The position numbers were made by a program, and so were the translations under genes. A model generated the notes under the pieces. The model saw only the letters and a list, made by a program, of their open reading frames with translations, searched no databases and was not told the DNA's origin. Shown here piece by piece: positions 34,595 through 46,936 of a stretch of 64,000 bases of DNA (within the stretch, counting starts at the first letter, position 1; every line of letters begins with the position of its first letter). Source of the DNA: Planctomycetota bacterium (GTDB taxonomy: Bacteria; Planctomycetota; UBA1135; UBA2386); the NCBI GenBank assembly GCA_046306335.1, contig JBKDXM010000033.1:17199-81198 (forward strand), written 5' to 3'.

Positions 34595-34632
34595 CGGCCC
34601 GCCAACTGCGGTCGGACGGCGGTCCGCTGCGG

Positions 34633-35064
34633 TCAGCGGCGCGCCGAGGCCGGCGCGGCAGCGCCGTCGTTGGCGAGTTGCTGCAAGCGCACCGGTGCCG
34701 CCGCCCCGGCCAACGCCGCGACCCCGCGCGCCATCGCGAGCACGCCGAGGTCTTCTTCCTCGTCCTGGAAGGGGACGCGGCGGCTGAAGCGGCCGTTGGC
34801 GGTGGCGTGGCCGAGCCAGCGGCCGCGCGGATCGACGATGCGGTAGAACGCGATCGGTCCTGCCGGATCGCGGATTTCCAAGTGCTGCACGACCGCGACC
34901 AACGCCTCGCCGTCGAAGGCCTGGAAGCGGGCCAATTCGACCACCTCGCGCGGCGCCAGGGGCGGCGGGGGCGGCGGCGCGCTGCCGCAGGCGGCCGCGA
35001 TCGCCGCCAGCACGGCAGCCGGCGCGGTCGACGGCATCCAGCGGCGCAGCGGAGCGAAGGTCAT
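34633..35064 (-). CDS. Putative lipoprotein, unknown function
   Basis: ORF 34633..35064. It has a signal peptide/lipobox (AVLAAIAAACGS) followed by a poly-Pro linker. GC3 is high. Confidence 0.5.
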   Translation of the reverse strand: MTFAPLRRWMPSTAPAAVLAAIAAACGSAPPPPPPLAPREVVELARFQAFDGEALVAVVQHLEIRDPAGPIAFYRIVDPRGRWLGHATANGRFSRRVPFQDEEEDLGVLAMARGVAALAGAAAPVRLQQLANDGAAAPASARR

Positions 35065-35125
35065 GTGTGGCGTCCCGCCCGTTCTATCCGCAGAATGTTC
35101 GCCCCGCTACCGCGGGCCACCCACC

Positions 35126-36199
35126 ATGACGTCGATGAAAGGCGTGCAGCTCACCGCCCCCGGCCAGTACCGCCTGCGCACCGACCTGCCCGTGCCCGAG
35201 CCGGGCCCCGGCGAGGTGCGCCTGCGGGTGACCGCCTGCGGCATCTGCGGCACCGACGTGCACATCTGCGCCGGCGACCCGTCGATGAACGGCCTGATCG
35301 CGCCACCGGTGACGCTCGGCCACGAGTTCTGCGGCGTCGTCGACAAGCTCGGCGCGGGTGTCGACGAGAAGCGCCTGCCGCTCGGCCGCTACGTCAGCGC
35401 CGAGATGCACGAGATCTGCGGCGTCTGCCCCGCCTGCCGCAGCGGCGCCTACCACGCCTGCGCGACGGCGCGCATCCGCGGCATCAACCTCAACGGCGCC
35501 TTCGCCGAGTTCGTCGTCGTCTCGGCCGGCAACGTCGTGCCGCTGCCGGCGGACCTGCCGGTGCAGGTCGGCGCGATCCTCGACCCGCTCGGCAACGCCG
35601 TGCACACGGTGATGAAGACCGACGTCAAGGACCGCACGGTCGCGATCATCGGCTACGGCCCGATCGGCGCGTTCTGCGGCGAGGTCGCCACCTTCGTCGG
35701 GGCCAGCCACATCTACATCGTCGACGTCGCCGACCAGGCGCTGGCGCGGGCGCGCGAGTGGGTCGCGCGTCGCAAGCTGGCCGACAAGGTCACCGTCGTC
35801 GACGGCCGCGAGAAGCCGGTCGAGACGATCGTCGAGCGCGCCAAGGGCGGCGTCGACGTGTCGCTGGAGATCTCCGGCCACCCGACCGGCATCAACAACG
35901 CCATCGCGATGACGCGGCCGGCCGGCCACGTCGTCAACCTCGGCCTGCCCAAGGGCGACACCGTCGGCATCGAGAAGTTCAGCAAGAACTTCATCTTCAA
36001 GGGCCTGACGATGCACGCCGTCATCGGCCGGGAGATGTTCCGCACGTGGGACCAGATGCTCGACCTGCTGAAGCGCGGCATGGACATCCGCCACTTCGTC
36101 ACCGCCGAGATGCCGCTGGAGCAGTTCGGGACCGGCGTCGACCGCTTCGGCAAGGGCCTGGAGCAGAAGGTCGTGCTGTACCCCGCCGGCCGCCCGTGA
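35126..36199 (+). CDS. tdh: L-threonine 3-dehydrogenase (Zn-dependent MDR family)
   Basis: ORF 35063..36199 trimmed to ATG 35126. [15 protein letters not shown] and [10 protein letters not shown] Zn motifs are present. It lies immediately upstream of kbl. Confidence 0.9.
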   Translation: MTSMKGVQLTAPGQYRLRTDLPVPEPGPGEVRLRVTACGICGTDVHICAGDPSMNGLIAPPVTLGHEFCGVVDKLGAGVDEKRLPLGRYVSAEMHEICGVCPACRSGAYHACATARIRGINLNGAFAEFVVVSAGNVVPLPADLPVQVGAILDPLGNAVHTVMKTDVKDRTVAIIGYGPIGAFCGEVATFVGASHIYIVDVADQALARAREWVARRKLADKVTVVDGREKPVETIVERAKGGVDVSLEISGHPTGINNAIAMTRPAGHVVNLGLPKGDTVGIEKFSKNFIFKGLTMHAVIGREMFRTWDQMLDLLKRGMDIRHFVTAEMPLEQFGTGVDRFGKGLEQKVVLYPAGRP

Positions 36200-36236
36200 C
36201 CGACCGCCAGACCGACCGCCAGACAGGACCATCGCC

Positions 36237-37420
<1,184 letters not shown>

Positions 37421-37424
<4 letters not shown>

Positions 37425-38323
37425 AGCTCGACCTCGACAAGCTGCGCCTCTCGGGCCGCATCTCCGCGCGCGCGCTGGCCCACGGCCGCGCCATGATCGT
37501 CCCCGGCGCGCGCATCGAGGACGTGCAGCGCGCCGTCGAGGCGAAGATCCGCGAGCTCGGCGGCGCGCCCGCCTTCCCGGCGCAGGTCTCGCGCAACCAC
37601 ATCGCCGCGCACTACTGCTCGCCTCCCGGCGACGCGACGGTCGTGACGCCGGGCGACATCGTCAAGCTCGACTGCGGCACGCACGTCGACGGCTACGTCA
37701 CCGACAACGCCACGACCGTCGACCTGCGCGACGGCGACAACTCGCTGCTGTGCACGGCGAGCCGCATGGCGCTGGAGAACGCGATCGCGGTCATGGGGCC
37801 CGGCGCGTCGCTGACCGAGGTCGGCCGGCAGGTCGAGAAGACGATCACGGCGATGGGCTTCCAGCCGGTGCGCAACCTGTGCGGCCACGGCGTCGCGCGC
37901 TTCACCATCCACTGCGCGCCGTCGGTGCCCAACTACCCCGACCCGCGCGCCGGCCGGCTGAAGCCCAACATGACCATCGCCTGCGAGCCGTTCGCGAGCG
38001 ATGGCGTGGGCATGATCGACGTCGACGGCGACGCCGAGGTGTTCATGCTCAAGCGCGACGTGCGGCCGAAGGACGGCCTGCCGGGCGCGGTCGAGAAGGC
38101 GCTCGTGCAGAGCCAGGGCCTGCCGTTCGCGCGCCGCGACCTGGAGCGGTGGCTCGGCGCAGCCAAGGCCGGCGAGGACGCGCTGCGGCTGCTGCGCCGC
38201 AAGGACCTCGTCGACGAGTACCCGCCGCTGTGCGAGAAGCCCGGCGTGCGCATCGCGCAGTTCGAGCACACGATCTTCATCGGCGAGGGCGGCGCCGAGG
38301 TCCTCACGCGCATGCCGGAGTGA
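37421..38323 (+). CDS. map: Methionine aminopeptidase, type II (archaeal-like, ~300 aa)
   Basis: Tail of ORF 36299..38323. The GTG start at 37421 overlaps the kbl stop (GTGA). By recall it is colinear with Pyrococcus MetAP-IIa: PAFP...NHIAAHY.P, KLD.G.HVDGY..D.A.TV, NL.GHG..R...H...SVPN, EPFA, AQFEHTI. Confidence 0.85.
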
Positions 38324-38327
38324 GCGG

Positions 38328-39467
38328 ATGCGGATCGGCATCGACGCGCGCGAGGCCTTCCGCAGCGAGCCCCGCGGCATCGGCCACTACGTGCAGGGCC
38401 TGCTGCGCGAGTTCCCCGCGGTCGCGCCCGGCGACGAGTTCCTGCTCTACCACCAACTGCCGCAGCCGGCGTCGCTGACGCTCGGGCCCGGCCAGCGGGC
38501 GGTGCGCGCCGACATGCCGGGCGGGCGCCTTCACCTGTGGGAGCGGCTGCAGATGCCCTGGCGCATCCGCCGCGACCGCCTCGACGTCTACCACGGCACG
38601 TTCAACACGCTGCCGCCGCGCTGGCGGGCCTGGCCGGCCGCGCCGATGGTGCTGACCCTGCACGACGTCATCGTGACGTGGTGGCCGGACGACCTCGGCG
38701 ATCCGTTCGTGCGCTACGCGCGGGCGGTGACGCCGCGCGTGCTGCGCGACGCGGCTCTGGTGCTGACGATCAGCGAGTGGAGCCGCCGCGACGTCAGCGC
38801 GCGCTTCCAGTGCGATCCGGCGCGCATCCGCGTGGTGCACAACGGCCTGCACGCCGACATGCTCGGCGGCGCGCCGCCGGGCGCGGGCGAACAGGCGCGG
38901 GCGCGCTTCGCCGAGGGCCGGCCGTACCTGTTCGCGATCGGCGGCGCGCTCGAACGCAAGAACACCGGCCGGCTGCTGGAGGCCTGGGGCGCCGTGCGGC
39001 GGCAGCGGCCGGACTGGCCGCACCTGCTGCTGGTGAGCGGCCTCGGCAAGGCGACGGACCGCTTCCGCGAACGCGCGGCCGCCGCCGGCGCGCTCGACCA
39101 CGTGCGCTTCCTGCCCTACCTGAGCCAGCCGGACCTGATCGCGACGTACGCCGGCGCGACGCTGTCGGTCTACCCGAGCCTCGTCGAAGGCTGGGGCCTG
39201 CCGGTGTGCGAGTCGCTCGCGCTCGGCACGCCAGTGCTGACCAGCAACACCTCGGCCATGCCCGAGGCCGGCGGCGAGCACGCGCGCTACTTCGATCCGG
39301 ACTCGGCCGAGGCGATGGCGGCGGCGCTGGTCGACGCGGTGGAACGCTGGGTGCCGCAGTGGCCGGGCGTGCGCGAAGCCGCCATGCGACGGGCGCGCGG
39401 CTTCACCTGGCGGGCGACGGCCGAACACGTGCTCGCCGCCTACCGCGACGCGGCGGCGCAGCGCTGA
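38328..39467 (+). CDS. Glycosyltransferase family 1 (GT4-like)
   Basis: ORF 38328..39467. It has MRIGIDAR...GIG.Y at the N-terminus and the EGWGLPVCESLALGTPVLTSN EX7E motif. Confidence 0.85.
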   Translation: MRIGIDAREAFRSEPRGIGHYVQGLLREFPAVAPGDEFLLYHQLPQPASLTLGPGQRAVRADMPGGRLHLWERLQMPWRIRRDRLDVYHGTFNTLPPRWRAWPAAPMVLTLHDVIVTWWPDDLGDPFVRYARAVTPRVLRDAALVLTISEWSRRDVSARFQCDPARIRVVHNGLHADMLGGAPPGAGEQARARFAEGRPYLFAIGGALERKNTGRLLEAWGAVRRQRPDWPHLLLVSGLGKATDRFRERAAAAGALDHVRFLPYLSQPDLIATYAGATLSVYPSLVEGWGLPVCESLALGTPVLTSNTSAMPEAGGEHARYFDPDSAEAMAAALVDAVERWVPQWPGVREAAMRRARGFTWRATAEHVLAAYRDAAAQR

Positions 39468-39549
39468 CGCGCGCCGGCTCCTGCCGTGCGGCGGTGGGCG
39501 AGGCGCGCGTGCGACCGTTGCGGCAGGCCAACACCACGCAGGACCTGCC

Positions 39550-40251
39550 ATGAAGCACTGGATGATCGCGATGTTCCTCACGCTCGCGCCGCTCGCGGCG
39601 CAAAGCCCCGAAGGCCCGCAGGGCGGCGAGCGCGCCGCCGAGGGCTGGCGCCAGCGCGTCGAGGAGGCGCAGCAGAAGTTGCAGTCCGCGCGCGAGCAAC
39701 TGCGGCGACTGCAGCAGGAGCGCGCCGGCGGCGAGGGCCGCGACGACGGCGCGCGGCAGCGGCCGCAGGGCGACGGCACGGATCGCGGCGGTCGCGGCCC
39801 CGGCGCGCGCGGCGACCGCGGCGACGACCGGCGCGGGGACGGTGCGCGCAGCAGCCGCGCTGGCCGCGGCCAACGTGACGGCGCGCACGGCCGGCACGGC
39901 GGACAGCGGGGCTCCGGTCGCGAAGGCCGCAACGGCCCCGGCGTGCACGGCGACATGCCCCCGATGGCCGAGCGCTGGCTGCGCCTGCGCGCGCTGCGCG
40001 ACCGCAGCATGGGCATGCGCAGCTTCCAGGGCATGCGCCCGCCGATGCGCGGCTTCGACGGCGGCCGCTCCGGCCCCGGCGGCCCCGGCGGCCGCGGTCG
40101 CCCGGAGCGCCAGGGCTTCACCCGCCCGGGCGGCGAAGCGCCCGGCCGCGGCGCGCTGCTGGAGCGCCTGCGGCAACTGCGCAAGTGGCGCGCCGAACCG
40201 GAGCAGCCGATGCGCGGGCCGCGCTCGGGCCGCGGGCGCAACGACGTCTGA
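39550..40251 (+). CDS. Secreted Arg/Gly-rich low-complexity protein, unknown function
   Basis: ORF 39550..40251. It has a signal peptide (MKHWMIAMFLTLAPLAAQS), a short coiled-coil-like QQKLQSAREQLRRLQQER segment, then RG/RD-rich repeats. GC3 is consistently high in this frame. Confidence 0.5.
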   Translation: MKHWMIAMFLTLAPLAAQSPEGPQGGERAAEGWRQRVEEAQQKLQSAREQLRRLQQERAGGEGRDDGARQRPQGDGTDRGGRGPGARGDRGDDRRGDGARSSRAGRGQRDGAHGRHGGQRGSGREGRNGPGVHGDMPPMAERWLRLRALRDRSMGMRSFQGMRPPMRGFDGGRSGPGGPGGRGRPERQGFTRPGGEAPGRGALLERLRQLRKWRAEPEQPMRGPRSGRGRNDV

Positions 40252-40313
40252 CGCGCGCGCAGCGCTCCGTCACGCCGCCGGCGGACGTTCGCGCGGCAAG
40301 GAGCACTCGGAGT

Positions 40314-40334
40314 CTCCCGCGACCCGCGCGGGAG
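40314..40334. terminator. Hairpin between convergent genes (possible bidirectional terminator)
   Basis: CTCCCGCG-ACCCG-CGCGGGAG has an 8-bp stem and is preceded by GGAGT. It lies in the 96-nt gap between the stops at 40251 (+) and 40348 (-). Confidence 0.35.
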
Positions 40335-40347
40335 GACGCGACTAACC

Positions 40348-41466
40348 TCAGCCGCCGCCGCCGGTGCGACCGCGCGGCGGCACCGCGCACGAGGTCGTCT
40401 TCTTGGCGCCGCGGGCGTCGGCGACGATGCGCTCGGCCAGGCGGTCGGCGGCGTCGCTCGGCGGGATGCGCTCTTCCTTGCTGATCGTCCAGAGTTCCTT
40501 CAGCGCCTGCGGGATGCGCTCGATCTTGCCGAGCGCGACCTTCTCGTCGTAACCGCCCGGGTGGAACTCGACCGACACGTTGATGATGCCGCCGGCGTTG
40601 ATGACGTAGTCCGGCGCGTACAGGATGCCGCGGTCGGCGAGCATCTTGCCGTGGCGCGGTTCCAGCAGCAGGTTGTTGGCCGCGCCGGCGACGATCGGCG
40701 TGTCGAGCTTGGGGATCGACTGGTCGTGCAGGATCGCGCCGAGCGCGCACGGCGCGAACACGTCGCACTTCATCGTCATGACGTCGGCTTCGCTGGCCGG
40801 GATCAGGCCGATCTCCTTCTCCAGCTGCTTCAGCCGCTCGGTGTTCTTGTCGGCGCCGTAGACCTTGGCGCCGGCCTCGACGAGGCGCTTTGCCAGCGCG
40901 CTGCCGACCGCGCCAGTGCCCTGGATGGCGACCGTGCGACCCTTGGGCGAGTCGCTGCCGAAGGTCCAGCCGAGCGCCGCCTTGATGCCGAGGAACACGC
41001 CGTACGCGGTGTACGGCGACGGGTTGCCGCTGCCGCCGTCCTTGCGCTCGAGGCCGGCGACGTACTTGGTCGCGCGGCGGATGATCTCCAGGTCGCCGAC
41101 CGACGTGTTGACGTCCTCGGCGGTGATGTACTTGCCGCCGAGCGCGTCGACGAGGCGGCCCATGGCGAGGTACAGCGCCTCGGACTTCACCTTCTTCGGG
41201 TCGCCGATCATCACCGCCTTGCCGCCGCCGAGGCCGGTCTGCGCGACCGCCGACTTGAAGGTCATGCCGCGGCTGAGGCGCTTGACGTCGAACAGCGCCG
41301 CGTCCTCCGACTCGTACGGCCACATGCGCAGCCCGCCGAGCGCCGGGCCCAGGGTCGTGTCGTGCACGGCGATGATCGCGTGCAGGCCGCACGACGGATC
41401 GACGCCGCGGACGACGCGCTCGTAGCCGGCAACGGGGATGTCGGTGATCTGGAGGGTGTTGGTCAC
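40348..41466 (-). CDS. Leucine (Glu/Leu/Phe/Val family) dehydrogenase
   Basis: Tail of ORF 40348..42606 from GTG 41466. GPALGGLRMWPY, RLSRGMTFK.A...GLGGGKAV and the Rossmann motif GTGAVGSALAKRL are present. Confidence 0.85.
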   Translation of the reverse strand: MTNTLQITDIPVAGYERVVRGVDPSCGLHAIIAVHDTTLGPALGGLRMWPYESEDAALFDVKRLSRGMTFKSAVAQTGLGGGKAVMIGDPKKVKSEALYLAMGRLVDALGGKYITAEDVNTSVGDLEIIRRATKYVAGLERKDGGSGNPSPYTAYGVFLGIKAALGWTFGSDSPKGRTVAIQGTGAVGSALAKRLVEAGAKVYGADKNTERLKQLEKEIGLIPASEADVMTMKCDVFAPCALGAILHDQSIPKLDTPIVAGAANNLLLEPRHGKMLADRGILYAPDYVINAGGIINVSVEFHPGGYDEKVALGKIERIPQALKELWTISKEERIPPSDAADRLAERIVADARGAKKTTSCAVPPRGRTGGGG

Positions 41467-41654
41467 GGGTTTGGCTGGGGCCTGGACTTCGGGGGCGAGC
41501 AGGATAGCGACGCCGGGGCGGCGCGCCACCGTCGGCGTCCGGGCGGCGGAAGGGCCTCGGTGGCAGGCAATTGCGGCCGGCGACATCCGGGCGTGGCGGC
41601 CGGCGCGGGGCCGCCCGGGCGCGCGGCCGGCCAGGGAGCGGGCCGGGACGACCC

Positions 41655-42935
41655 TCAGCGGCTGCGCGGACGCGAGCCGACGACGACCTGCAGGTCGACC
41701 TCGGCGCCCTCGCGGCGGACGCGCACGGTCGCCGCCTTGCCGATCGTCAGCGCGTCGAGCAGTTCGGTGTAGTGCTCGATGTCCTTGATGGCCGTGCCGT
41801 TGAGCGCGACCAGCAGGTCGCCGGCCTCGATGCCGGCCTTGTCGGCGGCGCCGCCCTCGCGCACCGACCCGACCTTCACGCCGCCTTCTTCGCCGCCGTA
41901 CTCGGGCATCAGGCCGAGCGCCGGACGCACGTTCTCGTCGTGCGCCGGGGCCGCCGCCGCCGGCTGACCTGCCGTCGGCTTCGCCTCGGCAGTCTTGGGC
42001 TCGACCAGCCTCGCGTCCGGTCCCTTGGCGGCGCCCTTGTCCTTCTCGCTGCCGATCACCGGCCCCACCATCATCGGCGGCCGCTCGACCTCCGCAGTGA
42101 CGACCACGTAGCTGCCGACGTCCTTCGGCGACGTGAACGGGTCGGACGACGGTTCCTTGACCGTCTCCGCCGACAGCACGCGGCAATCGAGGTCCGGCCG
42201 GCGGTTCTTGATGCGCTGCACGGTGCCGCGGCCGTGGTCGGAGTGCATGCGGCCGCAGACCAGCACGACGAGAGGCTTCGACTCGCCGACGGGCAGGCTG
42301 GCGAGGTAGTCGGTGATCGACTCCGCCATGGTGTCGTCCTTGATGCACTGCGCCGCGTACATGCGGCCGAGGAACTCCCTGGTCACGCCCGGATGGCCGT
42401 CCATCGCCTTGACGAACTCGGCGTAGTACGCGTCCTCCGGAGCGGTGGTCTCGCGCGCGACGTTGGCCTCGCCCGCCACTGCCGTCGCGCCCTCGCGCGC
42501 CACCTTGGCGGCGAGCTTGCGCGGCGCGTTGGCCGCGAGCACGACGATGCCGTTGGCCTTGGCGTACTCGACGACCGGGCGGTAGTCGCGGCGGTAGTCG
42601 GGCCACGGCCGCGAGGCGGCGAGGAAGTCGCCCTCGTCGATGGCGCCGGTCAGGTACTGCAGCAGCGTCGTCTGCACGTCGCGCTCGAACATCTCCATCG
42701 CGATCACCAGCTGCGGCCGGCGCGCGTGCAGCGCCTGGATGAGGTCGAGGTGGGTCTCGTGCCCCGCCGGCGTCTGGTGCAGTTCGCCCAGCGCGACGAC
42801 GTCGGCCGCGGCGAGGTCGTCGGCGGCGGTGCCGACCGACACGTCGGCGCCGTCGGCGGTGCGGACGATGCGGGCGGGCGCCGCGCAGGCGGCGCCGAGC
42901 AAGGCGAGGAGGACGACGAACCAGTGCGAGCGCAT
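41655..42935 (-). CDS. ChaN/Tiki-superfamily (haem-binding-uptake-like) protein fused to a C-terminal PDZ domain
   Basis: Part of ORF 41655..43790 from ATG 42935 (MRSHWFVVLLALLGAACAAP). The GELHQTPAGHETHL motif and a ChaN-like core are present. After a linker comes a PDZ-like segment (GVKVGSVREGGAADKAGIEAGDLLVALNG). Confidence 0.7.
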   Translation of the reverse strand: MRSHWFVVLLALLGAACAAPARIVRTADGADVSVGTAADDLAAADVVALGELHQTPAGHETHLDLIQALHARRPQLVIAMEMFERDVQTTLLQYLTGAIDEGDFLAASRPWPDYRRDYRPVVEYAKANGIVVLAANAPRKLAAKVAREGATAVAGEANVARETTAPEDAYYAEFVKAMDGHPGVTREFLGRMYAAQCIKDDTMAESITDYLASLPVGESKPLVVLVCGRMHSDHGRGTVQRIKNRRPDLDCRVLSAETVKEPSSDPFTSPKDVGSYVVVTAEVERPPMMVGPVIGSEKDKGAAKGPDARLVEPKTAEAKPTAGQPAAAAPAHDENVRPALGLMPEYGGEEGGVKVGSVREGGAADKAGIEAGDLLVALNGTAIKDIEHYTELLDALTIGKAATVRVRREGAEVDLQVVVGSRPRSR

Positions 42936-43049
42936 GGCGACATGAAACCTGCCCGGCGCGCGCGCGACAAGGCGACCCGTCGCCCGATCGCCGGATCGCG
43001 CCCTTCCGCGGCGGCGCATCGGCGTGTCGAATGCCCGCCCCGCGCCCGC

Positions 43050-43828
43050 ATGAAGATCACCACCTGGAACGTCAACAGCCTGCGCATGCGGCTGACGCAC
43101 GTCGTCGACTTCCTGCGCGAACACCGTCCGGACGTGCTGTGCCTGCAGGAGACCAAGGTGCAGGACCCGCAGTTCCCGCGCGAACCGCTGGAGGACGAGG
43201 GCTACGAGGCCGTGTTCGTCGGCCAGAAGGCCTACAACGGCGTCGCCATCCTGACCGCCAAGCCGGCGTCGGCGATCAAGAAGGGCTTCCCCGACGACGG
43301 CCCGGACGCCGACAAACGCGTGATCGGCTGCGACGTCGGCAGCTGGCGCGTGCTCAACCTGTACTGCCCGAACGGCCAGGACGTCGGCACCGACAAGTAC
43401 CGCTTCAAGCTCGACTGGTTCCGCCGCCTGCGCGCCTTCCTCGACCAGGAGTACGCCGCCGACCAGCGCGTGGTCGTGGTCGGCGACTTCAACGTCGCGC
43501 TCGACGACCGCGACGTGCACGACCCGGTCTGGTGGCACGAGAAGATCCTGTGCTCGACGCCCGAGCGGCAGGCCATGCGCGACGTCATGGCGTTCGGCCT
43601 CGCCGACGGCCTGCGCCTGCACCGCCAGGAAGGCGGCATCTACACGTGGTGGCACTACCGCGCCGGCGCCGCCTACAAGGACGACGGCCTGCGCATCGAC
43701 TACGTGCTGTGCACGCCGCCCGCCGCCGGCCTGTGCGCCGAGGTCGTCGTGCACAAGGACGTGCGCATGCAGAAGCAGCCGAGCGACCACGTGCCGGTGA
43801 CCGCGGTGTTCCGCGACGGTGCGGGCTG

Positions 43829-43829
<1 letters not shown>
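43050..43829 (+). CDS. xthA: Exodeoxyribonuclease III
   Basis: In frame of ORF 41571..43829 from ATG 43050. MKITTWNVNSLR, LCLQETK, GDFNVA and PSDHVPV motifs are present. Confidence 0.95.
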
Positions 43830-44559
<730 letters not shown>

Positions 44560-44563
<4 letters not shown>

Positions 44564-46203
44564 ACCTCCTGCTCGCCGACGTGCGCGCGCTCGCCGGATT
44601 GCCGCGGACCGCGGCCGGCCGGCGCGTGCTCGCCGCGAGCGGCGGCGGGCTGCTGCTGCTGGGCCTCCTGTCCTGGTGGTTCGCCAACGCGCTGCTGGAC
44701 CAGCCCGGCCTCGTCGTCGCGCTGCACGACGCCAGCGATGGACGATCGCAGGCGGCGTTGTTCGGGCACGCGCTCACCGCCTGCCCGATGGTCGCCGCGT
44801 GGCTCGGCCTCGCGCTCGCGCAGCGCACGCTCTTCGAGGCGCCCGAGCTGCCGCTGTGGCGGCTCGCGCCGCTGCCGCCGTGGCGACCGGCGCTGCAGGC
44901 GCTGCTGCGCGCCGGCTTCACCGCGACGCTGTGGGCGCTCGCGATCGCCGGGCCGGGCATCGTCGCCGTGCTGCGGCGCGGGCCGGCGCCGGCATGGGCC
45001 TACGCGCTGACGCCGTTGGCGGTGGTCGCCGCCACCCTGCCGACGCTGGCGGCGTCGCTGGCGGCGCAGTTGTTGATCGTGCGCTATCTCGCCGGCCGCT
45101 GGCTGCGCCTGCTGCTCGTGCTGTTCGCGGCCGCCGGCTCGATCGGCTTCTCGACGTGGCTGATGCTGGCCCTGTTCGGCAAGCCCCAGGACCACGCGCG
45201 CGACGTCCTCGCCTTGGCGGCCGCGGACCGGCCGCCGCCGTGGAGCGCGGGACCGGCGGCGGACCTGCTGGCGGCGGCGGCAGGCGGCCGGCTCGACCTG
45301 CGCGCCCTGCGCGACGTCGCGCTGTGGCTGCTGGCGACGGTCGTCGGCTTCCGGCTCGTAGGCCGGGCGCATCCGGCCGCGTGCGAACGCCACCTCGCCG
45401 CCGAACCGCCGGCGTGGCGCCGGCGCGGCGGTCGCTGGCCGGCCGGTCTCGCCGCCAACGTGTTGCGCAATGAGTTCGCGCAGGTGGCGCAGCAGCCGGG
45501 CGCGCTGGTCGGCTTCCTCGTGTTCGCCGTGCTGGTCTTCGCCATGTGCCAGCGCCGCGTGCTCGTCGCCGGCGTGCTGGCCTCGCCGTCGCTGCCTGCC
45601 GACGTCGCCTGCTTCGCGGCCTTGCTGGCGTGGTGGTTCCTCGCCGTGCTGCTGGTGCTCTACGCGCACATGGGGCGCATCGCCCAGTGGGATGGACCGC
45701 AATGGACGCTGTGGCAGTGCGCGCCGGCGGCGCCGGGCGCGATCCTGCGCGGCAAGATGCTGGCGGTGATGGCGCTGCTCGGCTGGCCGCTGCTGCTGGT
45801 CGCCGCCGCCGGCGTCGCCGTGCTCGACGCGCGCGCCGACGTCGTGCTCGCGTACGCCGTGACCGCGCTCGGCGGCTCGGGCATGGCGCTCGGCGTGCTG
45901 ACGATCGTCGGCACCGTGCCGGCGCTCGTCCGGCACGACGGCGACGGCGGTTCGCTGCAGGGCGGCAAGGGCCTCGTCGCCGCGCTGCTGCTCGTCGTCG
46001 GCATGCAGGTCGCGGCGCTGCCGGCGCTGTACGCATGGCACCTGCTCGGCGAACACGTCGCGGTGCACGGGCTCACCACCGCCGAAGCATGGCGTCTCGC
46101 GCCGCCGGTCGTCGCCACGGCGATCGCCTACGGCGCCGTGTGGCTCGTGGTCGGATGGATCGTCGGCAGCTGGAACTTCACCCGGCTGCTGCGGCCGCGC
46201 TGA
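44560..46203 (+). CDS. Large polytopic membrane protein, putative ABC exporter permease partner
   Basis: In frame of ORF 43819..46203. ATG 44560 overlaps the ATPase stop (ATGA). It has ~12 hydrophobic helices. The assignment rests on coupling to the ATPase. Confidence 0.65.
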
Positions 46204-46307
46204 CCGCGCCGATCCGTCGTTCGCTCGCGCATCGCAACGGCGACGCGGACCGGCTACGAAGCCGGCGGACGACACTGCGCATGCCCACCTACCCAACCGA
46301 TCGGGCC

Positions 46308-46910
46308 ATGACGCCGACGCGCGTGGCGCGCGGCGCGGCAGCCGCCTTCGCCTGCCTGATTGCGATTGCGTGCGCCGGCCCCGCGCCAGCCACGTCCCGC
46401 GCCCGGATCGGACTCGATCGCACGCCCGGCGCGGAGTTCGTCAGCGCCCGCGTGCACCATGGCGTGCCCATCCTGCAGAAGTCGTTCTTCTGGGACGGCA
46501 ACGGCGAAGTCGACAACAGCGGCATCGGCCTGCACTGGGGCCACTTCGTCGACGAACGACTCGCCTTGGGCCTCGGCTCGAACGTGGCGAACTGGTGGAC
46601 GGGCGGTCGCGACGTGCAGAGCGTCGAGCTCGAGGGCCTGATCCGGGTCTATCCCGAGCCCGACTGGCCGCTGTTCGTCAGCGGCACGGGCGGCTACCAG
46701 TTGGCCAACGACCAAATCCCGCCGGGCGGCACGGTGTGGAACTTCACCTTCAGCTTCGGCGCCGGCGTCGAGATCCCGGTGGCCACGGGCACGAGCGCGT
46801 TGGTCGCGCTGGACTACCACCACATCTCGAACGCGCTCGGCCGCGAAAGCGCGCGCAATCCGAGCCAGAACGAAGCCCGCTTCTGGATCGGCGTCGGCTG
46901 GACGTTCTGA
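46308..46910 (+). CDS. Lipid A 3-O-deacylase (PagL)-like outer-membrane beta-barrel
   Basis: In frame of ORF 45546..46910 from ATG 46308 (or 46281). It has an N-terminal signal and alternating beta-strand pattern. The YHHISNA (His-x-Ser) motif and the terminal aromatic residue (...IGVGWTF) are present. Confidence 0.7.
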   Translation: MTPTRVARGAAAAFACLIAIACAGPAPATSRARIGLDRTPGAEFVSARVHHGVPILQKSFFWDGNGEVDNSGIGLHWGHFVDERLALGLGSNVANWWTGGRDVQSVELEGLIRVYPEPDWPLFVSGTGGYQLANDQIPPGGTVWNFTFSFGAGVEIPVATGTSALVALDYHHISNALGRESARNPSQNEARFWIGVGWTF

Positions 46911-46936
46911 CCGGGCGGAAGGAACGCCGCAGCCGG

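Noticed and set aside
40309-40347. GGAGTCTCCCGCG...GCGACTAACC as a sixth, miniature family-B copy
   Set aside because: It shares only the GGAGTC start and a hairpin. The arm sequence differs. It is listed simply as a possible bidirectional terminator.
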